Assembly (NCBI RefSeq): GCF_032062105.1
Contig: NW_026930753.1
Span: 248,001-312,000, forward strand
Source: Saccostrea cucullata
Lineage: Eukaryota
Direction of reading: 5' to 3'
Length of the DNA: 64,000 nucleotides
Positions within the stretch are counted from its first letter, which is position 1, and every line of letters begins with the position of its first letter. The translations under genes and the position numbers were made by a program. A model generated the notes under the pieces. That model had not been told where the DNA came from and made no database searches. It saw only the letters and a list, made by a program, of their open reading frames with translations. Below, piece after piece: positions 37,505-49,937 of this stretch.

Positions 37505-40500
37505 ATGGAAAAATTAGAATTTATCTCAGTTAATGTAAGGGGTTTAAATACCCCCGAAAAAAGACGAAAAATTTTTACATGGTTGAAAGAATGTAATATA
37601 GATATCATTCTGTTGCAAGAAACACATTTTTTAGAAAAAAATGAATCTGTATATAATTTAAACTGGAGAGGAAAAACATTTCACGCATATAGCGACTCTG
37701 CATTCAGTAGAGGCGTGTCTGTTCTGTTTAACGCAAAAATAGATGTTAACATAATAAATGTCAAAAAGTCTATTGATGGTAGGAAAATTCTGATAAATCT
37801 TGAAATCGAGGGTAATATTCTTACAATAGTAAATATATATGCACCTAATGAAATTAAAAAGAGGTGTGAATTTTTCAAAAAAACTTAAGAACTTTATTTC
37901 AAAAAATTGTGTCAACGAAAATATTATACTATGTGGAGACTTTAATTGCCAGATAAACAATATTAATAATGTAGATAAAAGTGCAAATTATTTAAAAGAT
38001 TTGATAAGGCATTATAACATGGATGATATATGGAAAAAACAAAATCCAGGTATGTCAGGTTTCACTTGGTGTGATGCAAAAAATGATCCTAAAAGTCGAA
38101 TAGATTATGTTTTTATAAATGATTCTTTTTATTATAGCATAGCAGATATCAAGGTTAGAAAAATTCCAGGCACTCATTCAAACGGGAGTCGAATGAGTGA
38201 CCATAGATACTTAAAATTTAGTTTTGATATCGATAAAACGAAAAAAGGTCCCGGATATTGGAAACTTAACGTTTCCTATCTCGACAATGAAAAATATAAA
38301 AAAGGTATCTTAGACATTATTCATAGTATAAATTCCTCTTTAAGCCCTATTTTGACATGGGAGTTAATTAAACGAAAGGTTAAAGATTTCTCGATTTATT
38401 TTGCAAAAAATGAACAAAAATCAATTAAACAAAAGATAAGAACACTAGAACGCGAAATAGAAGATATGGAGAAAGGAAACGTAGAAAATTTTAATTACAA
38501 AAGACTGAAAACTTTAGAAGCGGAACTTGACGCTATTTATGACAAAAAATCTAAAGGTGCGCAGATAAGGTCTAAAATTAAATGGATAGAGGAGGGGGAG
38601 AAAAATTCAAAATTCTTTTTAAATTTAGAAAAACGCAATCAATCATCAAACGTAATTAAAGAAATAAAAACAAGAGAAGGAAATAAAATCAGTAAAACTA
38701 ATGCCATTTTAGGTGAAATGTATTCTTTTTATAGCGAACTATATACTAGTAAAGAAATTTAAAACGAAAAAATAGAAAAATATTTATCTGAGATAGACGA
38801 TATCCCTAAATTAAGTGAAGAAGATAAGATATTGTTAGAAAAATTTCCAACATATGAAGAGTGCAAGGAAGCTGTTGATAGCATGAAAAAAGAAAAATCA
38901 CCTGGACTAGATGGCCTTCCTAGTGAATTTTATCAATGTTTTTGGGAAACACTTGGGCCTTTCTTTTATAAAGCACTTAATGATATTTTTGATAAAGGTG
39001 AATTGTCTTACACACAGAAACTTTCTATTATATCACTGATCCACAAAAAGGGTGAAAAAGATAATTTAAAAAACTATAGACCGATAAGCTTAACAAATAC
39101 AGATTATAAAATTATTGCCTTTGTCTTTGCAAAGAGATTACAAAATATACTATATAAGTTGATTAACGAAAATCAAACGGCTTACATAAAAGGGAGATAT
39201 ATCGGTGAAAATGCTAGATTAGTACTTGACGTTTTTGAATACTGTGAAAGTGAAAATTCAGATGGTATATTACTTTTCTTAGACTTTGAAAAAGCATTTG
39301 ACTCGGTTGAATGGAACTTTCTTTTCCAAGTCTTACAAAAATTTAATATTGGCAATAGTTTTATAAAGTGGGCAAAAATTTTATATACAAATCCAATGTT
39401 TAAAATGAAAAACAACGGCTGGCTTTCTAAAACAAGCGAAATGACGCGAGGAATTAGGCAAGGCTGTCCTATTTCCGCTCTCTTGTACCTATTCGTCGCA
39501 GAAATTTTGGCTATTAAAATAAAATGTGATACTGATATAAAAGGCATTACAATTAATAATTATGAAATCAAAAACATCCAACATGCAGACGATTTGACTG
39601 TAGCTTTAAAAGACGAAATATCAATGAAGCGAACTCTGGATAAATTACAAGAATTCTGTGAACATGCGGGTTCAAAAGTAAACATGCATAAGACAGAATG
39701 CATTTTATTAGGGGAACTAAGAAATTTATATGATGAACTCTACGGTATAAAAATTAAGAATAAAGCAGTAAGATGTTTGGGAATATTCATAGGGCATGAT
39801 AAGGAAGAATGTTACAATAAAAACTGGATGAAAATTTATCACGATATTGAAAAACTTTTTGAATCTTGGAAAAGAAGAAAACTAACGCTATTTGGTAAAT
39901 CATGTATAGTTAAGACACTTGCTATATCTAAACTTACATACGTTGCCTCAATACTAAGTCTTCCTGATAATGCTTACATTAAAAAAATACAACGTCTAAT
40001 TTATAACTTCATTTGGGATAAAAATGAACGAATTAAAAGAAACACGCTTATAGGTAGAATTTTAAAAGGTGGACTCTCAATCGTTGATATTGAATGTAAA
40101 TTAAAAGCCTTAAAAGCAGCTTGGGTACCTAGATTGTTAAAAAGCAAAGGTATTTTGTACAAAATTTTTGATGGTTATTGTAAAAAATCAAATTTTGAAG
40201 TTCTCTATGTGTTAGATTTTTCTGATAGAAAAGTAGAAAATATGGAAAAATTAGAGAAACTACCTAAATTTTATCAACAAATGTTATGTTGCTTTAATGA
40301 ATGTAAGCCCTGTTTTTTGAACAAAATGTCTTCCGATAATGTTCTTCGACAGCCGATATGGAACAATTGTAACTTTGTTTATAGGGGAAATACATTATTT
40401 TTTAAAAACTGGATAGCCAGTGGGATTTTGCATGTTAAAGACTTATTTGACGATGATGGTAATTTTAAATCATTGTTAGATTTTTCTAATTGTTGTGTGA

Positions 40501-41210
40501 ATTTAAAATTCTTTCTTCTGTTTTCAAACCTTTGCTACTAAAGTATGATTTTTCAAATTGTAAGTTTGTTAACATAAGATACAAAAATTATTTTCTTTTC
40601 TACACAGGACAGGTTAATATCATAGATCAAAGATGTAACTTTTTTTATGACAATCTTGTACACAGAAAATTTTGTAAACCATGTTATCAAATAGTTTTAA
40701 GCAACGAATTCAGTCGAACCTTCAGAATGGAAAAATATATATCAATGTAAATTATATGACATACCCGATAAACAACTTACAGAATTCAACTATAAACTTT
40801 TAAACAATATTCTTTGTAATAACTTGTATCTCAGTAAATGGAAAAAAGAAACGAGTAGTAATTGCAAATTATGCCACGTGAATGAAACTTCAAAACATCT
40901 CATTTTTGAATGTAAAAATGTTGGTGAAATTTGGAATAGATTAAGTTTGTACCTGAAAATAGATATCAAATGGAAACATGTAATAATTGGATTTAGCTCT
41001 GAGCGCAATAGAAAAATTGTATCACTCAACACACTCATCTCATATGTTGCCTGTAGGATTTACAAATATAAGATGTACTGTCGAATACATTCCTTAGATG
41101 AAACTAGTTATAACATCTTTAATCACGTTAAATCTTCAATTTTTTTCTATGCTTCCATTCTAAAAAATTTGAAATCACTTGACTACAAACTTTTTAAAAA
41201 TTTTGCATAA
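37505..41210 (+). pseudogene. LINE ORF2p: APE endonuclease, reverse transcriptase, C-terminal zinc finger (disrupted)
   Basis: APE motifs NVRGL, LQETH, NIYAPN, GDFN, SRIDY, SDH, GPGYWKLN; RT motifs SPGLDG, NYRPISL, LDFEKAFD, GIRQGCP, QHADD; CKLC..HLIFEC. Frameshift in the A run near 37880, stop at 38760, frameshifts near 40490 and 40730. Confidence 0.93.
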
Positions 41211-41341
41211 AATTGTCTGAAGGTAATATTGTCATATTGTTTGTAATGTAATTTGTCTGTTATATATATATTTCACTGTTTGTTTGTATGAAGAATTTAA
41301 AATAAATAAATTAAAAAAAAAAAAAAAACTTGACGCCTACT

Positions 41342-44300
41342 ATAAGACCGAGAAAAGAAGTCATATGCGCGAAACTGAAAGTCAGGGACAAGCACGAGCT
41401 CAAGCTTCCGAGTCTGGAGATTTAAAAGCGCTGATGCAGAAAATGCAGAATAAAATAGATAATCTGGAGAGGCAGATTAAGGCAAATGCAAGATTCAGCA
41501 GAGATTCTTTTCAGAAGGAAGGCAAGCGGAACAGGGTAAAATGTTACTACTGCTCAGAGGAAGGACACATTCGGAAGAATTGCCCAAAGTTGAAGAACAA
41601 AGCTCAAGACAAAGAAAAGGATATGCGGCGACATGAATCAAAGTCAGATGGCGGAAGCGCATTTCAAGTGCGCAGTAGACGTAAAAGAAAGAGAAAATGT
41701 AAAAGCAATGGCAATGTTGGCGCAAACAATTTGTGCGAGGAAGCAGGTATCTTCATTCAGGGAAATGTGAATGGGAGCAGTGCAAAACTCTTGATTGACA
41801 CTGGAGCATCCCTTACTTTTATTTCATAGAGATTGTTTGATACATTGCAGGAGGAAAAACCTGTGCACAAGGAGAACGCACAACGAATATTCAATGCTAG
41901 TGGTTCTGTTCTGTCCCAGTATGGTAAAGCAACATTTTCTCTCAAGATTGGTGAGTCAGATAGATTTATTGATGCAGTTGTTGCAGATATTTCTGTGGAC
42001 GGAATTATTGGACTTGATTTTCTCAAGAAATACAATGGGCTGAAAGATCTTCAAGAGAGTTTGCTGCGATTGAATTATGAGACATGCCCATTTTCCTGGG
42101 AAGGCACACTAGGTTGTTACAGAGTCACTGCAGCCAGTGATATTTGCATACCACCGAGGAGTGAAATAATTATTTCTGCCAATGTTACGGGAAATAATAA
42201 CTATGGAGGAGCGGATTACTTAGTGGAACCAGAACGAAAATTTATTGAGAAAGGGCGTGCGCTAGTAGGACGCACTCTCGTTAAAGGTAGCGATAAGATA
42301 CCAGTTTGCTAAATGAATGTCACTAATGATATGCAACAGATTTTTCGAGGAACTCTGATTGGGAAAATGACAGCTGTTGAGGAGAGACCAAAATCCCCAT
42401 TTTATCCTCAGGGTTTAACCAAAGAGCTAAGAGGTGATCTGAAAGATTTGTTAGACAGATGTAAAGGAAATCTATTTTCAGAGCAAGTGACAAAAGTTGA
42501 GAACTTCCTACGAAAAAATCAGTTTTTGTTCGCAACTTCTAATTATGACTTAGACCAGTGTGGTGCGCCACAAGATAAACATGGAGCAGGCTAAACAACC
42601 TATCAAGCAAGGTCCTAGGCGAATTCCGATTCATCTAACTTATGAGGTAGATGCACAGGTTAAGGAAATGCTCGAGAAGGATGTAATAGAACCTTCAACC
42701 TGGGCATCGCCAGTAGTTCTTGTACGCAAGAAAGACGGCACAATGCGCTTTTGTGTAGACTACCGTCGATTAAATGAGGTGACCACAAAGGACGCTTATC
42801 CTCTTCCAAAAATTGATGAGGCTTTTGACCACTTATCAGGACACAAGATGTTTTCTACGCTTGATCTGAACAGTAGTTACTGGCAGGTTAGTATGGAGGA
42901 GAGCGACAAGCCGAAGACTGCATTTGTGACACGACAAGGTTTATTCCAATTCAAGGTTATGCCCTTTGGCTTATGCTGAGCGTCTGCAACGTTTGAGAGA
43001 CTTATGGAAACCGTTCTTGCAGGACTCCAATGGGATAAGTGTTTAGTATACCTTGATGACATTATTGGTGTAGGCAAATCATTTGATGATATGCTTGAAA
43101 ACCTGCAACATGTTTTTCAGAGATTGCATCAGGCTGGCTTAAAGTTAAAGGCCAAGAAATGCAATTTTTTTGCTAGCAAGGTATCCTATCTGGGACACAT
43201 CATTTCCAAAGACAGAATTGCAACCGACCCAGAGAAAGTGAAAGCAGTAGCTGAGTGGCCAATTCCAAATACTGTGACAGAGTTAAGATCTTTCCTAGGT
43301 CTTTGTAGTTATTACCGGCGCTTTATAAAGAATTTTGCATCAGTTGCCAAACCATTGCATCGACTCACAGAAAAGGGAAGGAAGTTTCTGTGGGGTAAAA
43401 AAGCCCAAGAAGCATTCGAAGTGCTGCGCAACAAACTGATAACTGCGCCAGTATAAGCTCTACCAGATGTAACGAAGCCATTCATTCTGGATACCGACGC
43501 TAGCAACGAAGCGATCGGTGCGGTATTATCTCAAAATATTGATGGTAAAGAACGTGTTATAGCATATGCTAGCCGTACATTGTCCAAGTCAGAGAGGAAA
43601 TATTGTGTGACCCGGAAAGAACTTTTGGCCATTGTCCATTTTATTAAGCATTACCGCCACTACCTTTATGGTAAACAGTTTCTTATTAGAACGGACCATG
43701 GGTCTTTGAGATGGCTTTTAAGATTCAAAAACCCAGAGGGTCAGTTGGCAAGGTGGTTGGAAGTGATCAGTACCTATGATATGAAAATAGAACACAGACC
43801 CGGTAAAAAGCATGGTTATGCGGACGCGCTGAGCAGAATAACTTGCGCTCAGTGTGGGTTTGATGCTTCATCATTGGAAAATGCTGAGTATGATATGAAA
43901 GTTGAACCAGCTGTACGAACTTTACAGTCATCGGATATAAAAAGTGAAGAGATGGATTATAGTCTGCAAGAGGCTCAGGAGCAGTGTAGAGACATTAAGC
44001 TTGTAAAAACATGGGTCGAGAAAGGTAAGCGACCAAGTTTCAGCGATATGTCTATGCATGGCTACGTAGTGAAGTCTTTGTGGAATCAGTTTTCTAGACT
44101 TGCAATAGAGAATGGATTGCTCATGCGCAAGTGGACTCTGCTTCGTCCCAACAAAGAAGTTCATCAAGCTATCATACCAGACCAAGAGCGCAGACGCGTC
44201 TTGGAAATGTGTCATGATAACCAGACGTCAGGACACTTGGGGGTGAACAAAACGATAGCTTAGATACGACAGAGATATTACTGGCCTGGATTTCAAAAAG

Positions 44301-45441
44301 ACGTCTACCAGTATGTTACAGGTTGTGACAAGTGTACGAGACGTAAAAATCCAAACCCTAAACATAGGGCCCCAATGCAGATTACCGGATCAGGTATGCC
44401 AATGGAAAGAATTGCCACAGATATACTGTGTGAGCTACCTTAGACTGATAGAGGAAATCGCCACATTTTAGTTGTGTAAGACTATTTCACCAAGTGGACA
44501 GAGGCATTCGCTCTGCCAAATATGGAAGCTGAGACGATTGGACGCACTATGGTAGAACAGGTATTTGTCAGATTTGGTATCCCCTTTACCATTCATTCGG
44601 ACCAAGGTCAACAATATTAGAGCAAGCTCTTTCAAGAGATGTGTCGGTTACTTGGGATTAAAAAGACCCGTACAACACCCTATCACCCGAAGTCAGACCG
44701 ACGGTGGAGCGCTTTAACCGCACATTGTTCTCTATGTTAAGCACTTACGTTCAGGAAAATCAACGTGACTGGGATTTGCATCTTCCGTATATACTTATGG
44801 CATATCGTTCTACAGAACATACCACCACTAATTTCTCGCCAAACATGCTTATGTTGGGACGAGAAGCAACTACCCCATTAGAGTTGATGTATGAAATGCC
44901 TCCAGGTATTAAGGATATTCCAACAAGTCAATGGGTTTTGGTGTTGCGTGAACGATTAGAGTCAGCTCATAAGTTGGTCAGAGAAAACATTCAAGGTGAA
45001 ATGCAGCGCCAGAAAAGGTACCATGATACCAAACTAGCATGGTCATCCTTTAGTCCCGGAGAAAGAGTTTATGTATTTTTCTATACCAGAAAGAGCGGCT
45101 GTTCTCCGAAGTTAATATCATTTTGGAGAGGGCCTTTCTTAATTGAAGACAAATTGTCAAATGTTTTATATGAGGTTGCATGCGGAACAAAATGCAAAAG
45201 CACTATCATCCACTGTGATCGCTTGCGGAAGTGTAAGTCACAGATACTTCAAAGAGAGAATGATATCAGTAATTTCTCGAGTCAAAACAATGCAGATGAT
45301 ACTCAAGAGTGTCTTGTAGAAGAAAATGAAGATCAGTATGATGTTAGGGAAAACCCAAGCAGTTGTGCTTCAGATAGGCTAAGGCGCATTAGAAATGCAC
45401 CTGCGTGGCATGACGACTTCATTGTTGAATACAAATTATAA
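41342..45441 (+). pseudogene. pol: Gypsy B gag 3' part and pol (disrupted)
   Basis: CCHC CYYCSEEGHIRKNC, protease LIDTGA, RT WASPVVLVRKKDG..YLDD, RNase H, integrase HSDQG/ERFNRT, FWRGPF module. Many stops and frameshifts (e.g. 41827, 42310, 42977, 43454, 44261). Confidence 0.93.
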
Positions 45442-45695
45442 GCTCTCAGGACAACTATAGATTAGTGTAGACCATGAGGAAGAACTCTGGTTTTAGTGGT
45501 TAAAACTGTAGCTATGGCACAATAACATTGTAAATTTAAGCAGAGAGCTTAGTATCTTTCAAATCTTTATGGGATATGCACATAGTCAGGAAGACTATTG
45601 CATGGTATAAATAATAATGAACATATGTAAAATTGTACGCCTTTAGTTTTTCTTTATTTAGGAATGCGAGACGCATTTCCTGGAGGCGTGAGAAG

Positions 45696-46182
45696 TGAAG
45701 CAAAAACTGTAATCGAGATCATATTATCCTTTCATTTCTCGGTAGTCGCACTGACTTCCGATTTCTTGTTTCCTTTAGGTTCATTGCAGGTCATGTGACC
45801 TGTTGTAGGTATAAATACGGAGACAATCGGTTGTTTTAGTTAGTCTGTTGTTGACAGCCGAATTGGAAAGACGGTTGTATACAGAGAAGTCAAACGTGGT
45901 AGGTACTGCAAGGAATACCTTGAATCAAGTCCTATGTGTCTGAAATAGACTTTCGAGACTTTGATTGATTATATATTATTTAGATAAAGTACCTGATATT
46001 CTGGTTTGACTGAAGGTAAGAAGCGGACGCGCTTCAGTCCTTGGAAGGCGCGTGCGCTCCAGAGAAACGAAGGAATAATTGTACATACTATTAATTTAAA
46101 TTTGTGATTGAGAAAATTGATTTATTCTTTAATTGTTCAGATAGAACAGCCGAATCCCATAAAAGAACCCGAAAACGTTACA
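45696..46182 (+). repeat. 3' LTR of Gypsy B
   Basis: Direct repeat of 33898-34384, preceded by purine-rich GGAGGCGTGAGAAG. Confidence 0.95.
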
Positions 46183-48014
46183 CTTCTAATGCAAAAACAC
46201 CGCTTAATCCAAAGCAGATCCAGGGCCTGCGCCTCGGGTGTTTGCACCCAACTCCAACCCCCATCTTTCGATTTTTAAAAAAAAATATTGTATGTACTAT
46301 CCTAAAATCAAGGGAAAACGCCTCATTAATATCATAAAGGCTTGCAATGTAACGCTTTGCATTGCAGCAATGTAATATTAAGATTATTACATTCAAGTAG
46401 TTGAAATGATTTTAAGGGGAATGGTCATATAAACTCATAGACAATAAACTAATATATTTTCAAATTAAGATGCAGATTCAATTTCAAGAAGTAATTTATC
46501 GGAACAAATAAAACAAAATGGAGACATTGAAGTATTTGTTATTAGAGAAACAGGCGTCGGAACCAAATGTTAACTGGTGAGGACTTAGCCTCCTTTCCCA
46601 TTGTTTTGCAAAGATATTAAATCTTTAGTATATTTTTGACACAAAAGGGGGGAGGGTATGTTGGTATTCCGGAAGAATCTTATTCCACCAGTGGACATCA
46701 TTTAGCGAGCTCAGTGTTAAAGTAGTTCTAGTTTTTAAAGGGGGGGGGGGGGGTTGGAGTGCAATTTGTACTGTAATGGTGAATATATTTTATATATATT
46801 CAATATAAAATAATAAATATCATTCAAACTCGCATTATAAAAATAAAAGGCAAATAATATTTACCTAATCTAAGCACGTTTTGTGTTATTGAAGTCCTGG
46901 CGAAGAAAATATTTGGATGGGGGGATGGGCAGTCATGAAATATTCTTTAAAATCGCAGTTTATCCCTACATCCCGACTGGGGTACATGTATCAAATTAAC
47001 TTTTGCCAGTCCTGACACAGATGTCATTTGCAAGTTCATTTCACTGTTTACCAACAAATCAATCACATTCCTTTGATAATATTACACCGTATATTCTACT
47101 TAATTATCCTTCTTGGAAATATTCACCATTTTGGATATAATTATGTTATTGTACACATAGACAAAAACACTCGCTATATACCCGACAATATATAACTCAC
47201 GGAAAAATGCGTACATGGAAGCTTAAAAGCCTATGGACTTACGTTAAATAATAACAATGTTATTTATATAAGTTTTCCACATTATGTTTTTTTAAAATTG
47301 ATATTTTTTGAACACCTAAAAATATTTTATCTACAATCATCGCGTGAATGCAAAATATTAGAAGTCCCTATACCGCGACTTTGACGTCATTTTCTGCACA
47401 TTGTGACGCCAATAGAAAAACTTGAGGACTTGTCAAATGTTGGGGAAAATAAAGCAAATAAACCTGTTATGGTTATAACCTGGCTACTATGTGGAGGGCT
47501 TCTGCTAAACAATGATCCAGAACAGACATGCAAATATGGAAAACATAGATAAACGCGTATACATTTCATGTTTTTAATTGAACAAATGGACTATTCAATA
47601 TCTGTTTAGAATACCACATTGAACAAGTAATGTATTTATGCTAAAAAGGATTTATGGATGTACTATGTGCTATGTGTGTATAATTTAAAGTAACTCCTCT
47701 AATGTTAGATAAAATCCTTGCAATGTGATGTTACTAATAATATGAAATTATATAAGGTAATTTTGCTTTCTGCATGCGCTAGCTGACCAAACGATAAATA
47801 ATGACTTTAAACATGAGACGCATTCCTCTCGGAGAAAAAAACTAAAAGTTATTGAAACTACAAATTTTTGATTAGGTTTGATTGACACATCTTTGCACCT
47901 TCACAAATTTTAATATTATTCTTAATACTTAGGAAAAGTGACAATTTTGTTGTGTTTTAATAAAAAAAAAAGGAAGGGGGGAGTAATTCATTTTCTTATT
48001 ATTTTAATGTAATT

Positions 48015-49040
48015 TTAAACCCTGACCCCTAGATAGCAAGGAGCATGAAAAAGACATATTTTATTTATATTTATACATGCAAATTTATAGTAATGCATTT
48101 AGTTTGTTTGCTTTATACTCAGGATCAGACAAGATTTTCAAAGCAATGGTGCATTTTCACTTAATGATCAAAAAAGTTTATACCGAGTATCCTAACCCTC
48201 AGGCCACACCTTTAACAATTTTTGAAATCATTTCTTTACTCTTCATAACACTTATTTCATGGCTTAATACCCAGGAGCAGAGAAGAAGATTTTTATACAT
48301 CTAATGCATGTTCCTATATAATCATTAGAGCCCAAGTCTAACACCAGAACCCCTGACTCAGGGGCAGGAAATTAATAATTTTGCTAAAGACACTCATTTT
48401 CATCATAACCATGACCTGAATTCATTGGCTTAATACCTAGGAGCAGAGAAGAAGATTTTTAAATAAATAATATAATTAAGTTTAGAATACATTTTTATTC
48501 ATAGAAATGGATTGAACATCAGGCATAAATGCCTATGATCGTTCTCTCCATAGATTTAATTTAAGTATATATTATCATTAGAGTCCCGCCCAATCAGCAG
48601 ATGCTCTGCATGAACCAGACCGGACATGAAATTCACAATTTTATAAGAGGCAATCTTCTTCATCTTAACTATGTGTGTAGTTCATCGGCGTAATACCCAG
48701 AGCAGAGGAAAATATTTTCTTGAAAATAAAATGTTTTACTAAATTATATAATCATTAGACCCCCTCCCTAAATCCGGGAGCCCTGACCCTGGGCCCATTA
48801 TAACTATGAACATGTACTTAGTTTGTTTAATAACGTAGTTAATTGACTGAATACCTAGTAGAAGCGAAGATTTTCAAGTAGATAATGCATTTTTACTATA
48901 TGATCCTTAAAAATCCACTCTAGCACTAGGAATCCTGACCCTGGGGCCATGAATTCTTTTACAGAATGACAATCATGTCAACAGATTGACTGTTTAATGT
49001 CCAGAAGAAAATAAGATTTTTAAAGATTGCATGAATTTTG
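48015..49040. repeat. Diverged tandem repeat array (satellite or Helentron remnant)
   Basis: Recurrent CCCTGACCC(T/A)GG.. and TAATACCCAGGAGCAGAGAAGAAGATTTTT motifs at irregular ~150-190 bp spacing. Confidence 0.55.
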
Positions 49041-49395
49041 ATGGTACAGTTATTTGACCAGTTCCAAATAAGAAACAGATTCGGCGGTGCTATAAAAATA
49101 CTAGGCATTATTTCAAAATCTAAGTGTTTTGTCAAGGCAGTTCGATGACTTGTGGAATTAAATATTGTTAAATAAAAGTTCAGCCTTCCCTAAAAAAAAT
49201 TATTTCACAAGTTACCATAGGTATCCATTTTACCACTTACGAATAAGCCGACGAGTTCCGGATAGCCTAAGGATTCTTCAACTCTAGATCTAAATTAAAA
49301 AATATACGTCCCAGACGTTATCCACTGGCATGCCTAAGAAAAGTTTAATTAATTGCTTACCAATAAATTATTTGTATTTCCAAAGGTTGAAGAGA

Positions 49396-49937
49396 AACTA
49401 GAGGTACCGTGGGCACTGAGCTCATTTTAATGATACCCCGCACCTCCTTTATGATTATTTATGACAAAATCCATGTTTTGCTCTGGAAACCCGAAATAAG
49501 TGTCAGATCAAAAAAGTAAAATAAAAGATCACAATGTAATAAAGAATCTGTGAAAGTATCATTAAATCTTATTCAGTGGTATAGGAGGAATTGCGGATAA
49601 GAGGTGGATATACAATGTACCTTTCAATATTAGAAAGAAGGACAGTATCTATGTTTTTTTCAGGGTGCCCGATTTATGTGCTTGATCCAGAAATAAAATA
49701 GGTGCACTTTGGCACTGTTAAACAAAGATTCTGTGAAAGACTCATTAAATTCTGTGAAGCCTCATTAAACTTCATTCAGTGGTAGAAGAGGGGTTGCGGA
49801 TAAGAAATGGATACCCCAGAGCATATCAAACGGACAGACGTACAGACAGACGGACGACGGACGTCCATACGGATGGATGGACAACCATTCGTTTACTATA
49901 AACCCCTTCTTCCTGTTTTTCAAGCAGGGTCCTAATA
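49396..49937 (-). mobile_element. HINE/Helentron-like non-autonomous element
   Basis: AACTAGAG.. end with short palindrome, two internal repeats (..TTCAGTGGTA..TTGCGGATAAGA), (GACG/GACA)n near 49831-49882, terminal hairpin. Confidence 0.55.

Larger units (their letters stand above)
35760..41326 (+). mobile_element. Full-length L1/Tx1-clade non-LTR retrotransposon nested in Gypsy B gag
   Basis: TSD AACTTGACGCCTACT at 35745-35759 and 41327-41341; AATAAA (41301, 41305) and poly(A) from 41313; 5' UTR, ORF1, ORF2 (APE-RT-CCHC). Removing it restores gag ..AIELDAYYKTEKR.. Confidence 0.96.
33898..46182 (+). mobile_element. Ty3/Gypsy LTR retrotransposon B (degenerate, interrupted by a LINE)
   Basis: 487-bp LTRs 33898-34384 and 45696-46182 (TG...CA, about 10 differences by eye), 4-bp TSD CTTC (33894-33897, 46183-46186), tRNA-Leu PBS, fragmented gag-pol. 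Confidence 0.96.

Noticed and set aside
23093-44215. Antisense and alternate-frame ORFs over gag-pol and LINE ORFs
   Set aside because: Shadow ORFs of real coding regions with no independent support.
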